A stretch of DNA of 63,006 bases, the filler included, from Octopus bimaculoides (Eukaryota): assembly GCF_001194135.2 (NCBI RefSeq). It is 5 parts of 5 records of this genome, joined end to end, with 100 filler letters (N's around TTAATTAATTAA, not from the genome) between each part and the next. Parts side by side here need not be neighbours in the genome. Positions count along the whole stretch, not along the records: positions 37,844 to 55,395 come from NC_068994.1; positions 55,496 to 60,579 come from NC_068988.1; 3 more parts are not named here. One strand, written 5' to 3'. The position numbers were made by a program, and so were the translations under genes. Within the stretch, counting starts at the first letter, position 1. Each line of letters starts with the position of its first letter. A model generated the notes under the pieces. The model was not told where the DNA came from, did no database searches, and saw only the letters and a list, made by a program, of their open reading frames with translations. Below, in pieces: positions 46,985 through 59,592 of the stretch.

Positions 46985-49900
46985 GAAATTATAATAGTGA
47001 ACAAGGATTACCCAGAATCATTAACAAGTGACTTTGTGAAAATGTCAAGTCATTGGCGACTAAACCGGCAACTTCACTAAGCTTTCTTGGTGAGGAGGGT
47101 GGATTTTCGACACCATGTGGGATTAACAACAAAACCTGGCAAAAAGTAAAGGAACTAAAAAATTCAATGGTCATTCCGAAAACGGGTAGACAGAACTCGT
47201 AAGCCTTGGTTGGCAGTCTGTCTAGGAGAAGGAACACTCTGATTTAAAACTGGGGTAAATAGGACTCCTTAGTCATAGTGGTGAAAACCTGTCAGTGTCC
47301 AATGGCTCCATGCCTGGGATGAAGGCGAATGAACTGCGAACCGGGACTTACCTCCGGAGTAATATTTGAATGAAGATACGGGACCAACTGACGCTCACCT
47401 ATTTCCTAGTTAGAATCAGGTTCATGGTCCGCAGCACACAGAAATGCGAAGGGAATAGGCCCAACTTATGGGTAGTAAGAGATCTGCAGTCTTGGTTGAC
47501 TCCTTCACCAAACCAACAGGAGAAGTGTGAGAAAAGGCGAGCATCTGGTGCCTTCAAATAACCTGTGCTCCGGGTAGGCTGTACTCGTTAGCCTTGGGTG
47601 GTAATCAGCCTAAGAGAAGGTTCGCTCTGAGTCCAAAACCAGAGGAGAAAGGACCCAGCCGCCTTGGTGGACTACCTTGATAGAGATGGTGCCTCGATAA
47701 AAATACCGGTTGGTAGTAACCTAAAAACACACCTCATTTGTGAGTGAAAATGCCAAGCAAAATAAATGAGGATAACGGTGTGAACGGGACTGGAAACAAT
47801 GGTGAAGGTGCTGCACTCGGAAGGTGCTCCACTGTGCAGCAGGGTGGACCCGGTCGTAATCCAGTAACTGCTAGCCATGCTTAAAAGACACAGGTGGAGT
47901 AAACATGATGGTTATGGAGTGTTACTACCGAAGCTCCCCAGTGGATGCGAATGGCATGCCTGTCAGAGGGTACAGAAAACGAATGCACAGTGAATAGAAG
48001 GCAATGAAACTGTTCGAAATTACTGAACTGAGATTATGTGACCAAGCAAGAGCAATACGAAAGAATGGATGGTTAACAGAACTGGAGTTAGAAGCTATTA
48101 AAAGAAGGATATCGGGTGAGGTTGCGCATGCGAGAAATGAAAGTGGTATAGTGGAAGAGATGGAGAGTTGTTCGCAAGAATATAATACCGTCAATCGTGA
48201 AAGAATTGAGATCAGTGACTACTTAAATAATGAAGATCGATTAATAATAGACAGAATTTTGGATCTACTAATCACAGATGGGACAGAATTTGTGTGCGAC
48301 TTTAAGAAGACTAACCAATGGAGACTAAATCAAGAGACGAATAAAGTCAATATTGTACTGAGTCATATTGAACCAAAGAACATTAATCTTTTCAAGGCTG
48401 CTAGTAGGTGGAAAGGACGGGTTTGAGAACTACTGAGAATAAAACAGCGACGGATAGAAGAGGAAATAAACGACCCTTGGGGAAAAGGAGAATTTCTGAA
48501 GATATAAACTCCTTGAACAGTGTGGTGTCAATACTTGTCAGGAAAAGAAATGGAGAACTTAAGACTGAATGGAAATTCGAAAAAGTTAGTAAGATGTATG
48601 GTGTAGATACAAACGGCCTGAATGATGTAATTGAAGAACTGAAGCAGCGCATACATGCAAAAAAGCAAAGCTAAGTTTGAACAACAGATTAAGCAATACT
48701 AGTAAAACAAATTGTTTAGAACCAATCAAAAAAGATTTTATCAAGAGATTAATGACGATAAAACAAGTGAAAGATTAGTCCCTGATGCTGATGAAAGTCA
48801 ACTTTTTGGGGGTAAGATATGGAGTAAGCAAGAACAACATAATACTACAGCTGAATGGCTCTGCAGCAAAAAAGCTTATCCCCAGCAAGAGGCTGTCCAC
48901 TTCACAGAAGACAGTATCAGAAATACGAGTAAAAAGATAAGCAATTGGAAAGCAGCAGGACCTGATTGTGTACAAGGATTTTGGATAAAAAAGTTCAGTA
49001 GTTGCCATAAATTGATCGCAGAACAATCTAATGCATTGAACAATTGAGAAGATGAAATTCTGGGCTGGTTGACAAAAGGACGAACGGTGGTGTGCCCGAA
49101 GAATGCATCAAAGGGAAATGTTGCTGACAATTACAGACTAAATTTCTGCTTCCCGTTAATGTGGAAGTTACTGCCAGGAGGAATAGCAGAACTATATAAA
49201 TTTCTTGATGAGAACGCTATATTACCGCCGGGGCAATGCAAGATTGTAAACAAAGGAGAACAAATCTGGGAATGGCCTGGATTAACTATCGCAAAGCTTA
49301 TGATATGATTCCACATATCATAGACCATCAAGTGCTTAGATCTGTTTGGAATTGCGAGGAATGTAACGTGTTTCCTGAAGAGAAGAATGGTGGGATGGAA
49401 AACTGAACTGACATCTTACGGAAAATGTTTGGGCACCCTGGGTATTAAAAAAGGGATTTTTCAGAGCAACAGCCTATCTCTGTTGCTTTTCTTTCTCTAC
49501 ATGATATCCCTGACCTTGGTACTCAGGAAAACGAACCTGGGGTATCAACTAAAGAAAAAATGATAAACAATCAACCACCTCCTCTTCATGGATGATTTGA
49601 AACTGTATGGCAAAGATGAGTTCCTTGGTGAACACGGTCCACTGTTTTAGTACTGATATTAGAATGGAATTTGAACTCAAGATGTGCGGTGTAATCTATC
49701 TAAAAAGAGGCAAGGTACAGTCCCTGGCACGGATAGAATTACCGGATAGATACTTGATTAAGCAAATTGAAACGGAAGGATACAAATACCTCGGTGTATT
49801 AGAGCGCAACGAGATAATGGAAAAGGAAATGAAAGAGCAACTGAGGATGGGGTATTTCCGAAGACTGAGGTTGGTGTTGAGCTTAAAATTGACTGGATGG

Positions 49901-51095
49901 AATAAAGTCCAAGCAGTTAATACGTGAGTGATAACATCACTTCGGTATGGAGCGGGAATTATAAAATGACAAAAGAGAGAAATGAAGAAAATGGATACCA
50001 AGACCAGAAAAATGTTAACAGTACACGGAGCCTTCCACCTTACGAGTGACACCGATAGGCTGTATTTGTCCAGAAGAAAAGGTGGGCGAGGTTTGATCAG
50101 TTGCCAGAACTGTATCGAAGCAGAGGAAAACAGCCTAAGGTGGTATATAAGAAATGCCGTGGAACCACTGTTGAAACACACGAAGAACGCCGGTGTCATC
50201 AAAACTGAAAATTGTGTAACTAAATAAACATTTAAACAAGAAATGCACAAAAAAAAGAAGAAAGAAAAAAGAAAAAAACATGGAAGGAAAAATGTACGGT
50301 CAGTTTGCAAGAGATGAGAACGCCAAGACAGATACAGAGGACCGGTGGCTATGGATGAAGAGGAGGGACCTGAAGATAGAGACAGAAGCACTTATATGCG
50401 CAGCTCAGGAACAACTGTTAAGGATCAATTATATGAAATGCAAAATTAACAACACTACCGATAGTGACAAATGCAGAACGTGTGGTGAGAGGGGTGAAAC
50501 GGTATGGCAGAACGTTAGCGAATGCCTGAAATTGGCACAATGCGAATACAAACGACACCATGACAATGTGGCAAGAACGATACATTGGGAGCTCTGTGGA
50601 AATCACGGCCTACAAAGAGCAAAGACGTGGTATGAGCAAACCTCAGAAGGAGTCACCGAAAATGAGAACTGCAAAATCCTGTGGGATGTAATGATCCAGT
50701 GCGATCACCTGACCGGACATAGGAAACCGGACATTGTTGTGGTGAATAAAATAGCAAGAACGTGCATGATAATCGACATAGTATGCCCCGGTGACAACAG
50801 GATCAATGTGAAAGAAGAAGAAAGAATTAACAACTATGATGATTTAAAGTAGGAAATACGAAGGTTGTGGTCAATGAAGAGAGTAGACGTGATACCAATA
50901 GAAAACGGTGCACTTAGAAGTATCAGCATTCAACTACCAGCATGGCAAGTGTGAAGGTAGAACACATACAAAAGTCAGCATTGCTTGGAAGCATGACCAG
51001 TAAACAATTGCCACTTTAGTCTGCTGGCTGTGGACAGCTGAGACTTTCCATCATACCTAGCAAAATAAGCTGTGAGTTTTCATATAACATTAATA
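46985..51095 (+). mobile_element. Dong/R4-like RLE LINE, near full length, pseudogenised
   Basis: N-terminus VMECYYRS...RGYRKRM...LCDQARAI; RT WKAAGPDCVQGFW, AWINYRKAYDM, NHLLFMDDLKLY, YKYLGVLE; CRTCGERGETV..VSEC..LAQCEYKRHHD; RLE RKPDIVVV...IIDIVCPGD; the 5' boundary is approximate. Confidence 0.92.
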
Positions 51096-51159
51096 ATGAT
51101 AATATATAAATAAGTAAATAAATAAATAAATAAATAAGATCATGATAATAATAATAACG

Positions 51160-54100
51160 GACGAACGTTATCTTACCTCAATTTATGAGAGACAGGAGTT
51201 TCCAAAGGAACTCTGATTGTAACAACGAAAATGAAGATGGACCTTTAAGGGAAAGCCTCTCGCTTGGCAGTGGTTCAGTAAAGATGCAGAATGACCACAG
51301 CTGTTATCCGAATACAGCATCAGCAGATAATAGAGTAAGGAAGAGGATGTGGACCAGCGAAGAAAACAGGATAGTGATGCAGTGCTATTTAGAAAGTAAA
51401 CCTAAAATAAGGGGCTATATAAAATGGATGTTAACACTTTGGGTAGAGAAGGGTTTGTTTAAAGTGACTGAGCAGAGATTAGTAGATCAAGCTAATGCTA
51501 TTATGAGAAGAAAGTGGATGACAGAATTGGAGGTAGAAGAGATCACAAGAGAACTGGAAAAGAAAGACCAGGCAGTAGGAAAGACAAAGAACAACATAAG
51601 AGAGACGGCTCAAACCAAAGAAGAACCTAAGGGAAAAATAATAATAGTGCTACCAATAAAGAAGGGACAACTGGCACCAGTGACTTAAGGAATTTAAGTG
51701 AGGAAGATCAGAAGATTTTAGATGAGTTGCAGGAAGTAATGAGTAAAGAAGTAAGAAATTCATTGCCAGCATTAAAGAGAACCAAAAGAAGGAAGCTGCT
51801 AGATATGACTAGGAAAATAATTCAGTAGGATATATATTAAAATATAGGAGATGCTAACTTACTGATCTGTGCAGGAGGGGCAGTAGCCACTAGAAGATTA
51901 GATATATCACAAGGAAAGATTAAAAAAGAGCAAATGGGGAAAAAAAGACTACAAAATAAAGTGAAGACTTTAAGACAAGATCTGAGTAGAATAGAAGCCT
52001 GGAAACTGAACAAGTTAGGAAACACAAGATGCAAATCTTCCCTCGAGGAAAGATACTTAATCGAAGAGAAAGGATCTGGGACAGTAATAGAAGAGTTGAA
52101 ACAACATATCATAGCAATAGTAGGCAAGCTCTCCAGATATCAGAAAAGAATAGTTCAGTATCAACAGAATAGATTATTTGAGACAGATCAGAGGAGATTT
52201 TTTAACTAAATAAATAGCGGAGAAAAAAGTACTGAAGGTGAGAAACCTAATGCTGAAGAAGCTAGAAAGTTCTGGAGTAATATTTGGGATAAGCCAGTCA
52301 ATGATAATGGAGATGCAGTATGATTAAAGAAAGTGAAGGAGGAAGTAGTGAGTGAGAAGCAGCCAGATATAAGACTAACTAGGGCATTAATGAGTAAAAT
52401 GTTAGGAAAAGTGCCGAATTGGAAGGGTCCAGGACCAGATTTACTTCAAGAGTACTGGCTAAAGAAATTTAGTAGTTTACATGGGAGGCTGAGTGAACAA
52501 CTTGCCTTAATGGAGGAATAATACCAGATTGGATGACTAGAGGGAGGACAATACTCATTATAAAAGATAAAAACAAGGGCAATACAGCTAGCAACTATAG
52601 ATCAAGCATTAGTGTGGAAACTGTTAACAGGAATGCCTTCAAAAAGCATTTACGAGCACCTTAACAACCAGAACTTACTGCCAGAAAAACAGAAAGGTTG
52701 CAGGAGGAAGACAAGAGGAACGCATGATTTATTATACATAGACAAAACAGTTCTAAATGAGGTAAACGCTAGAAAAAATTTAACAATAACGATAGCATGG
52801 ATAGATTATAGGAAAGCCTATGACATGATCCGACACTCATGGATAAGTAAATGTTTTAGCATAAAGGATCGCAGGTAAGGCCAAGACAATGCGAAATAAA
52901 TAAATGCAAGGTAAATTACAAGAAAACAAAGATATGATTTCGTTTATTTTCTTGAAAATGGGGTCATAACTCCGAAATATTGAATACAAGGTAAGTCTAC
53001 GTTAATTCATATATTTGTTTTCTTGTGATTTACCTTGCATTTACTTCGCATTGCTTTGGCCTTACCCACGATCCTTTATACAGTATATGCTACGCAATGC
53101 TAAATAGTAATTATTCCATTAAAATGTTTTAGTATATACAGTATAGCAGGCAACATAAAATTAATCAGCATTAGCATGAAAAAATGGAAAGTAGATCTCT
53201 ACTCAGGTGACACATTCTTAGGGAATGTTAATATCAAGAGAGGAATTTTCCAGGGGTACTAGTTGTCCTCTTTAATACTTGTGTTATGTTTGATCCCCTT
53301 GAGTTTAGTATTAAAGAAGATAAAGGCAATATATCAGTTCAGAATGGCATAGATAAATATGCAATATTAGTCATGAGAAGGGGACAGGTAGTCAACAGCA
53401 AAGGCACCCAATTACCAGATGGCCAGACATTAAAATCATTGAAAGGAGGAGAGAGTTATAAGTATCTATGAGTATTAGAATCTGACAAAGTACTAACTAT
53501 AGAAATGAAAACGAAAATTGAGAAAGATTACATCAGAAAGGTGAAGAAGCTAATGAAGTTAAAACTAAATAGACCGAATCTATTGAAGACTGTAAATGAT
53601 TGGGCAGTGTCATTACTTAGATACTCAGCAGCTTTTGTAGATTGGACAAAAACTGCATTAGCAAAGCTAGACAGAAAAACTAGAAAGGAATTCAATATGA
53701 ATGAAGGACCCCACCTATGGGCAAGAATAGCAAGATTATACTTACCTAGAAAGGAAGACAGAAGAGGGTTAATATAAGTAGAAGACTACATGGAGTCAGC
53801 TAAAGTAGATATAGAGTCATATGTAGGTAATAGTGGAGAAAGTGTATTAAAAGCTGATTAGAGTCACAGTAACAATTAGGGAAATCAAAAACCCAAACGA
53901 AGTTAAAAATCAGAAATAAGAACAGAAATTATCTGACTGGCAGGAGAAGGCATTGTATGGTAGATTCCTAAAGATAGTTGCAGGAAATAGTAGTTAGTGA
54001 GACATGGCTATGGTTGCAAAAAGGAAAGCTGAAAAGAAAGAAAGACAGTTTGTTATTAGCAACACAGGATCAAGCATTAAGGACTAATTGGATAAAAGCC

Positions 54101-54807
54101 TAGATAGACAAAAAAACAAGTAGATTCCCAATGTAGATTATGCAAATCAAAAAAGGATAGCGTTACTCAGATAGTAAGTGAATGTAGCATGCTGGCACAG
54201 AAAGAATACAAGAAAATACATGACAACCCAGGGAGAGTAATCCACTGGGAGTTATGTAGAAAGCTAAGATTTGAACGTACTGATGAATGGTATGAACATG
54301 AACCTAGTAAAGTACTAGAAAGTAAGAAATACAAGATGTTGTGGGACTTTAATATTCAGACTGACAAAGTAATAGAAACTAGAAGGCCTGATTTAGTAGT
54401 GTCTAAGTATTTAGGAGTATTAGAATCTGACAAAGTACAAACTATAGAAATGAAAAAGAAAATAGAGAAGTAGTACATCAGAAGGGTGACGAAGGTAATG
54501 AAGCCAAAGCTAAATGGCTCGAATCTAGTGAAGACTGTAAATACTTTACAGTCCCAAATGATAAAAAAAATCAATATGAGTGGTATAGAAAAAATAGCAA
54601 AGCACCAGAACCTAGCCATTGAATTACAAAGACTATGGAAAGTGCAGATAAAATATATCCCAGTAGGGATATATGGGTGTATTGGTAACTATCTCTAAAG
54701 ATTTGAACAGATGGATAGAGGAAATAGGTATAAAACACAGTTTAGTACATCTCCAGAAAACTGTTATTAGGGACAGCAAGGATATTTAGGAGGGTTCTTG
54801 GCATCTA
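51160..54807 (+). mobile_element. Second Dong/R4-like RLE LINE, near full length, head-to-tail with the previous copy
   Basis: WTSEENRIVMQCY...EQRLVDQANAI; WKGPGPD; LPEKQKGCRRKTRGTHDLLYID..AWIDYRKAYDM; LAQKEYKKIHD; RRPDLVV; LAIELQRLW. Confidence 0.92.
52864..53076. mobile_element. MITE with ~70-bp TIRs and TA TSD (Tc1/mariner-type), inserted in the LINE RT
   Basis: AAGGATCG...GATATGA (52864-52937) is the imperfect reverse complement of 53007-53076; TA on both sides. Confidence 0.85.
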
Positions 54808-54883
54808 AAGTTACTTGTTGTAGGCCAATAGGATTTTTTTCTTTTCCAACAATCTAATTTGTTGTATGTATCTGAAAATAATT

Positions 54884-55229
54884 ATAACAAGAGTACACAG
54901 AGAGCCCAAACCTCCGCCAAGGCAACACCAACGTCTTCTCAACGATTATCTGAAATAAATTCGACTGTTCTCACAAACGAGAACACTAAAAATGAACTCG
55001 ACCGCTCTCAAAAATTAAGTAAAAAAAAAAACGAAAAATAATCCAGAATCCTTGTCCGGTACCGGATCTATCCCAAGATCTAATCACTTCGTGCCAGTTA
55101 CGAGGCCAAACATCCTTGAAAGTTTCATCCGAATCCATCCAGCAGTTCTTGAGATGTCTTGTCCACGGACAAACAAACAAACACGACTAAAAATAATACC
55201 TCCGCCTTCACTATGGCGGAAGTTATAAT
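54884..55229 (+). mobile_element. Non-autonomous Helentron-associated (HINE/DINE-1-like) element
   Basis: ACCTCCGCC at 54910-54918 and 55198-55206, the latter forming a 3' hairpin with GGCGGAAGT (55215-55223); (AAAC)n tract just upstream. Confidence 0.6.
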
Positions 55230-55395
55230 AATCCTTTCTACTATAGGCATAAGGCCTAGAATTTTAGGACAGGAGTCAACTCAATTACATCAATTCCATT
55301 GCTCAACTGGTACTTATTTTATCAACTCCAAAAGACTGAAAGGCAAAGTCGACCTCAGGGCATTTGAACACTGAATGTTAAGTCGGGAAAAATAC
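55230..55395 (-). mobile_element. SINE family B, 3' part
   Basis: CTTTCTACTATAGGCATAAGGCC...CAACTGGTACTTATTTTATC...GAAAGGCAAAGTCGACCTC. Confidence 0.8.
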
Positions 55396-55495
55396 NNNNN
55401 NNNNNNNNNNNNNNNNNNNNNNNNNNNNNNNNNNNNNNNTTAATTAATTAANNNNNNNNNNNNNNNNNNNNNNNNNNNNNNNNNNNNNNNNNNNN
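55396..55495. other. Artificial scaffolding spacer
   Basis: 44N-TTAATTAATTAA-44N. Confidence 0.95.
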
Positions 55496-55499
55496 TATA

Positions 55500-55602
55500 T
55501 ATATATATACGACCCTTCCGATTTTTTCAGCAGTATAATATTGTTTCACTTTTCCCAAATATTTTGTCGTCAGTGCTGCACTTTGCCGTATCACCTGTTT
55601 CA

Positions 55603-55639
<37 letters not shown>

Positions 55640-55708
55640 TTATATATATATATATTTATACAAACCATGGCATTTTAATCCCGAGCAACGCTGGGTATCT
55701 CTGCTAGT
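55500..55708 (+). mobile_element. Helitron-like 3' terminus
   Basis: GC hairpin CCCGAGCAACGCTGGG (55680-55695) followed 8 nt later by CTAG|T; the 5' extent is unknown. Confidence 0.6.
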
Positions 55709-55759
55709 ATATACATAAATAGAGACACACACACACACACATATATGCGCGCGTGTGCA

Positions 55760-56330
55760 TGTGTCTGTGTTTCTTCCACACCATAGCTTGACAACCGGTA
55801 TTGGTGTGTTTACGGCCCCGTAACTTAGCGGTTCGGCAAAAAATGCCTGCTAGAAGTACCACGCTTAAAAAATAAAATTAGAACTGGCATCGATTCGTTC
55901 TACTAAAATTCTTCAAGGCGGTGCCCCAGCATGGCCGCAGTCTAACTACTGAAACGTGTATATGTGTATGATTTAGTTCTAATCTGAGAAACTTTGTAAG
56001 TTAGTTATATGAGAGTGAATAATGTACGTGAAGGATCTATAAAGGTGTCTGCGAGTAACTAAGCCTTGCGAGGGGATTTCGGAGACGGAATCGGAAAGAA
56101 CTTAGTCGCATGTAATTGTGTGTGTGTGTATTTGTGACTTTGTGTCTTTGTGTTTGTGTCTGTCCTCCCACTACCGCTTGACAACTGGTGCTGGTTTGTT
56201 TGCGCTATTGTACCTCAGTGGTTCGGCAAAAGCGATTGATGACATTAATACCAGCCATGACCAAAAAAAATAAATAGTTTGTTCGATTAAACCCTTCACG
56301 GCGTCACCCTGTGTGACTGAAGTCCAATGG
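55760..56330 (+). mobile_element. Two decayed SINE family A copies
   Basis: GCTTGACAACCGGTATTGGTGTG...GGCGGTGCCCCAGCATGGCCGCAG (55760-55960) and a second body at ~56055-56330. Confidence 0.75.
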
Positions 56331-56359
56331 AACAAGGAGAAGATAACAGACGCCGTAAT

Positions 56360-57000
56360 GGCTTTATTTCCCGTTGTTAATGTCCTTTATTTGCATTTGT
56401 ACTTGTGTCCCATTTCTCCGTTTTTTTTTCCGTCCTTGTTTTCGTATACATTCGCTGCTTTCTTCTAAGGAATCTCGTGCTCTTAGCTTAGTTTTTCTTT
56501 GGGACTGGCCAGATTGGAGCAATCTCGAGTATAACCAGCCGAAATTGCAAAGATAATCCTGGAACTCGACTGAAGAAAGAAAACTCCGAATGACCTGTCC
56601 TTGTTTTTTTTTGTATCGTCTGCCTGGATATTTTGTTGTCCCTTTTTTGTATCCTTTAACTGTCTGGATGTTTTGCGCTCTTGTCCCATTTTTGGTATTC
56701 TTATATATATATNNNNNNNNNNNNNNNNNNNNNNNNNNNNNNNNNNNNNNNNNNNNNNNNNNNNNNNNNNNNNNNNNNNNNNNNNNNNNNNNNNNNNNNN
56801 NNNNNNNNNNNNNNNNNNNNNNNNNNNNNNNNNNNNNNNNNTATAAGAATTTACGAAAAACACAACAGACGAAGACAGGTGGTGTAAACAACAAATGGAT
56901 GTATTAGTTTAACGCTCGGGAATAGAGAAAGTCTTTGACGTTTCGAGCCTACGCTCTTCAACTGAAAGGAACACAGAAAGAAGCAAGGAGAAAAAATGTA
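56360..57000 (-). mobile_element. PLE pseudo-LTR, (TA)n/gap, and probable 5' ORF remnant
   Basis: Hammerhead-like motif and downstream CCCGAGCGTTAAACTAATAC shared with 2050-2240; K/Q-rich reading frame MGQERKTSRQ... beyond the (TA)n gap (ORF identity inferred). Confidence 0.55.
56933..56968 (-). ncRNA. Minimal hammerhead fold with non-canonical core CAGUUGA
   Basis: Reverse complement CTTT-CAGTTGA-A-GAGC-GTAG-GCTC-GAAA-CGTC-AAAG: perfect stems I and II, palindromic ACGU stem III, GUC cleavage triplet. Confidence 0.65.
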
Positions 57001-57053
57001 AGTATCTATGTTTGCAGATAGGTATGTCTGTCTGTCCCCTATCTATCTATCTA

Positions 57054-57092
<39 letters not shown>

Positions 57093-57827
57093 CATACATA
57101 CAAACACATGCAGACATACACGCAGGCACACACACACGTGCATGCATGTATGTGTCCATATGTTTGTATGTTTGTCATGCTCGACACTGCGCGAAAGAGA
57201 ATGATTGACATTAAAATTTAAAAAAAATAGGAGGCCAGACCAGTGACTAAATTTTAATGATGCAAAACACTTTCCTTCTATATCTTCGATATACATAAAC
57301 GCAAATATGCTCGCGTACACACATTCATTTTCCTGTTTATTATTATTTTTTTTAAATATTTCCAGAACAACCTATACATTACAGACTCAGTAACTGCATC
57401 TACTTGGTTCACACCTCATAATAATAGCTGTCGTATATCTTCTGGACAGGATACATAATTCTATGTGTCTCAGGTTATCAAAGTTATTGTGCATAGTTAG
57501 GAAACCTTCTGGGAGTTTAAGTTGAGAGAGACCGGTGTCATGGTGAATAAAGAGAGCCATCAGTCATTCACTCGTTAAATGTAACAGAATCTGGAACTAA
57601 GCACCGTCGTTATGATTGCATGAGAGAGCATTTATCATCGTCCTGTACCTAAATACAGTACACGTCGCTGCACATACACGTATACCATTATATACATACA
57701 TGCATACATACATGCATGCATACATACATACATACATACATGCATACATATTTGCACAGCATGAACATACATTTATGTATGCAAACACACATATACACAC
57801 AATATGTACATACGTATTTGTATATAT

Positions 57828-57880
<53 letters not shown>

Positions 57881-59592
57881 NNNNNNNNNNNNNNNNNNNN
57901 NNNNNNNNNNNNNNNNNNNNNNNNNNNNNNNNNNNNNNNNNNNNNNNNNNNNNNNNNNNNNNNNNNNNNNNNNNNNNNNNNNNNNNNNNNNNNNNNNNNN
58001 NNNNNNNNNNNNNNNNNNNNNNNNNNNNNNNNNNNNNNNNNNNNNNNNNNNNNNNNNNNNNNNNNNNNNNNNNNNNNNNNNNNNNNNNNNNNNNNNNNNN
58101 NNNNNNNNNNNNNNNNNNNNNNNNNNNNNNNNNNNNNNNNNNNNNNNNNNNNNNNNNNNNNNNNNNNNNNNNNNNNNNNNNNNNNNNNNNNNNNNNNNNN
58201 NNNNNNNNNNNNNNNNNNNNNNNNNNNNNNNNNNNNNNNNNNNNNNNNNNNNNNNNNNNNNNNNNNNNNNNNNNNNNNNNNNNNNNNNNNNNNNNNNNNN
58301 NNNNNNNNNNNNNNNNNNNNNNNNNNNNNNNNNNNNNNNNNNNNNNNNNNNNNNNNNNNNNNNNNNNNNNNNNNNNNNNNNNNNNNNNNNNNNNNNNNNN
58401 NNNNNNNNNNNNNNNNNNNNNNNNNNNNNNNNNNNNNNNNNNNNNNNNNNNNNNNNNNNNNNNNNNNNNNNNNNNNNNNNNNNNNNNNNNNNNNNNNNNN
58501 NNNNNNNNNNNNNNNNNNNNNNNNNNNNNNNNNNNNNNNNNNNNNNNNNNNNNNNNNNNNNNNNNNNNNNNNNNNNNNNNNNNNNNNNNNNNNNNNNNNN
58601 NNNNNNNNNNNNNNNNNNNNNNNNNNNNNNNNNNNNNNNNNNNNNNNNNNNNNNNNNNNNNNNNNNNNNNNNNNNNNNNNNNNNNNNNNNNNNNNNNNNN
58701 NNNNNNNNNNNNNNNNNNNNNNNNNNNNNNNNNNNCACCACCACCACCACCACTATCGTCATGTCATCATTTTTGTCTGTCCAATGAGCCAAGATAGCCA
58801 GGCCAGGCCAGGCCAAGCCAAACCCACGCTTGTTATTGTTCTGTTGATATATATCAGATAGTAGTAATTAAAAGACTAACAAAAGCCGACACACCCATAC
58901 ATACAAACGGCGTAGTGTCACCTAATTACTGTGACAACGATAAGATGCAATACCACCACCGTCCATTACACTGAATAAATAACTTACCCATCCTCTCACT
59001 AACTCACTCACTCACCCACATACAGCATCCACCCATTCATCCTTATGGCATTTCTTCTCTATCTATCTCCTTAAGTAGTCATTGACCTCGTCAGAAAATC
59101 GCTGTGACGTGGGGGAATGTCCTTTAGAAATAAAATGTAGAGTTGGCGACATCTCTCAATCACATGGATGCGGGTTATCTCTGAAACTGGATCTGTACAG
59201 TAGCAACGGTGGTAGCAGTGGTGGAGTTGACGTGGCGTTGGAATCTGATGAGGGACAACTTCACTGGCCAGTGGTCAGTTATGTTAGAAGTGTGTGTGTA
59301 TACATACATGCGTTGATATATGTACACATTTGTATGTATGTATGTATGCATGTATGTATGTATACCATATATACATATATACATAGATTATATCTATTCA
59401 CACACACACACGCACACGGATTTATACATACATACATAAACACACGCGGATATATAGATACATACGTACATACACACGCATATGTAGTTATAGGGACATT
59501 GACGCACCAAAACCAGTTGTCAAGCGGTGGTAGGGGAGAATCACGGACACAGAGCGCGCGTGCTCACATTCATACACAATAGCGAAAGAAGC

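Noticed and set aside
59243-59260. CTGATGAG hammerhead-like heptamer
   Set aside because: No stem II or GAAA downstream; a chance match.
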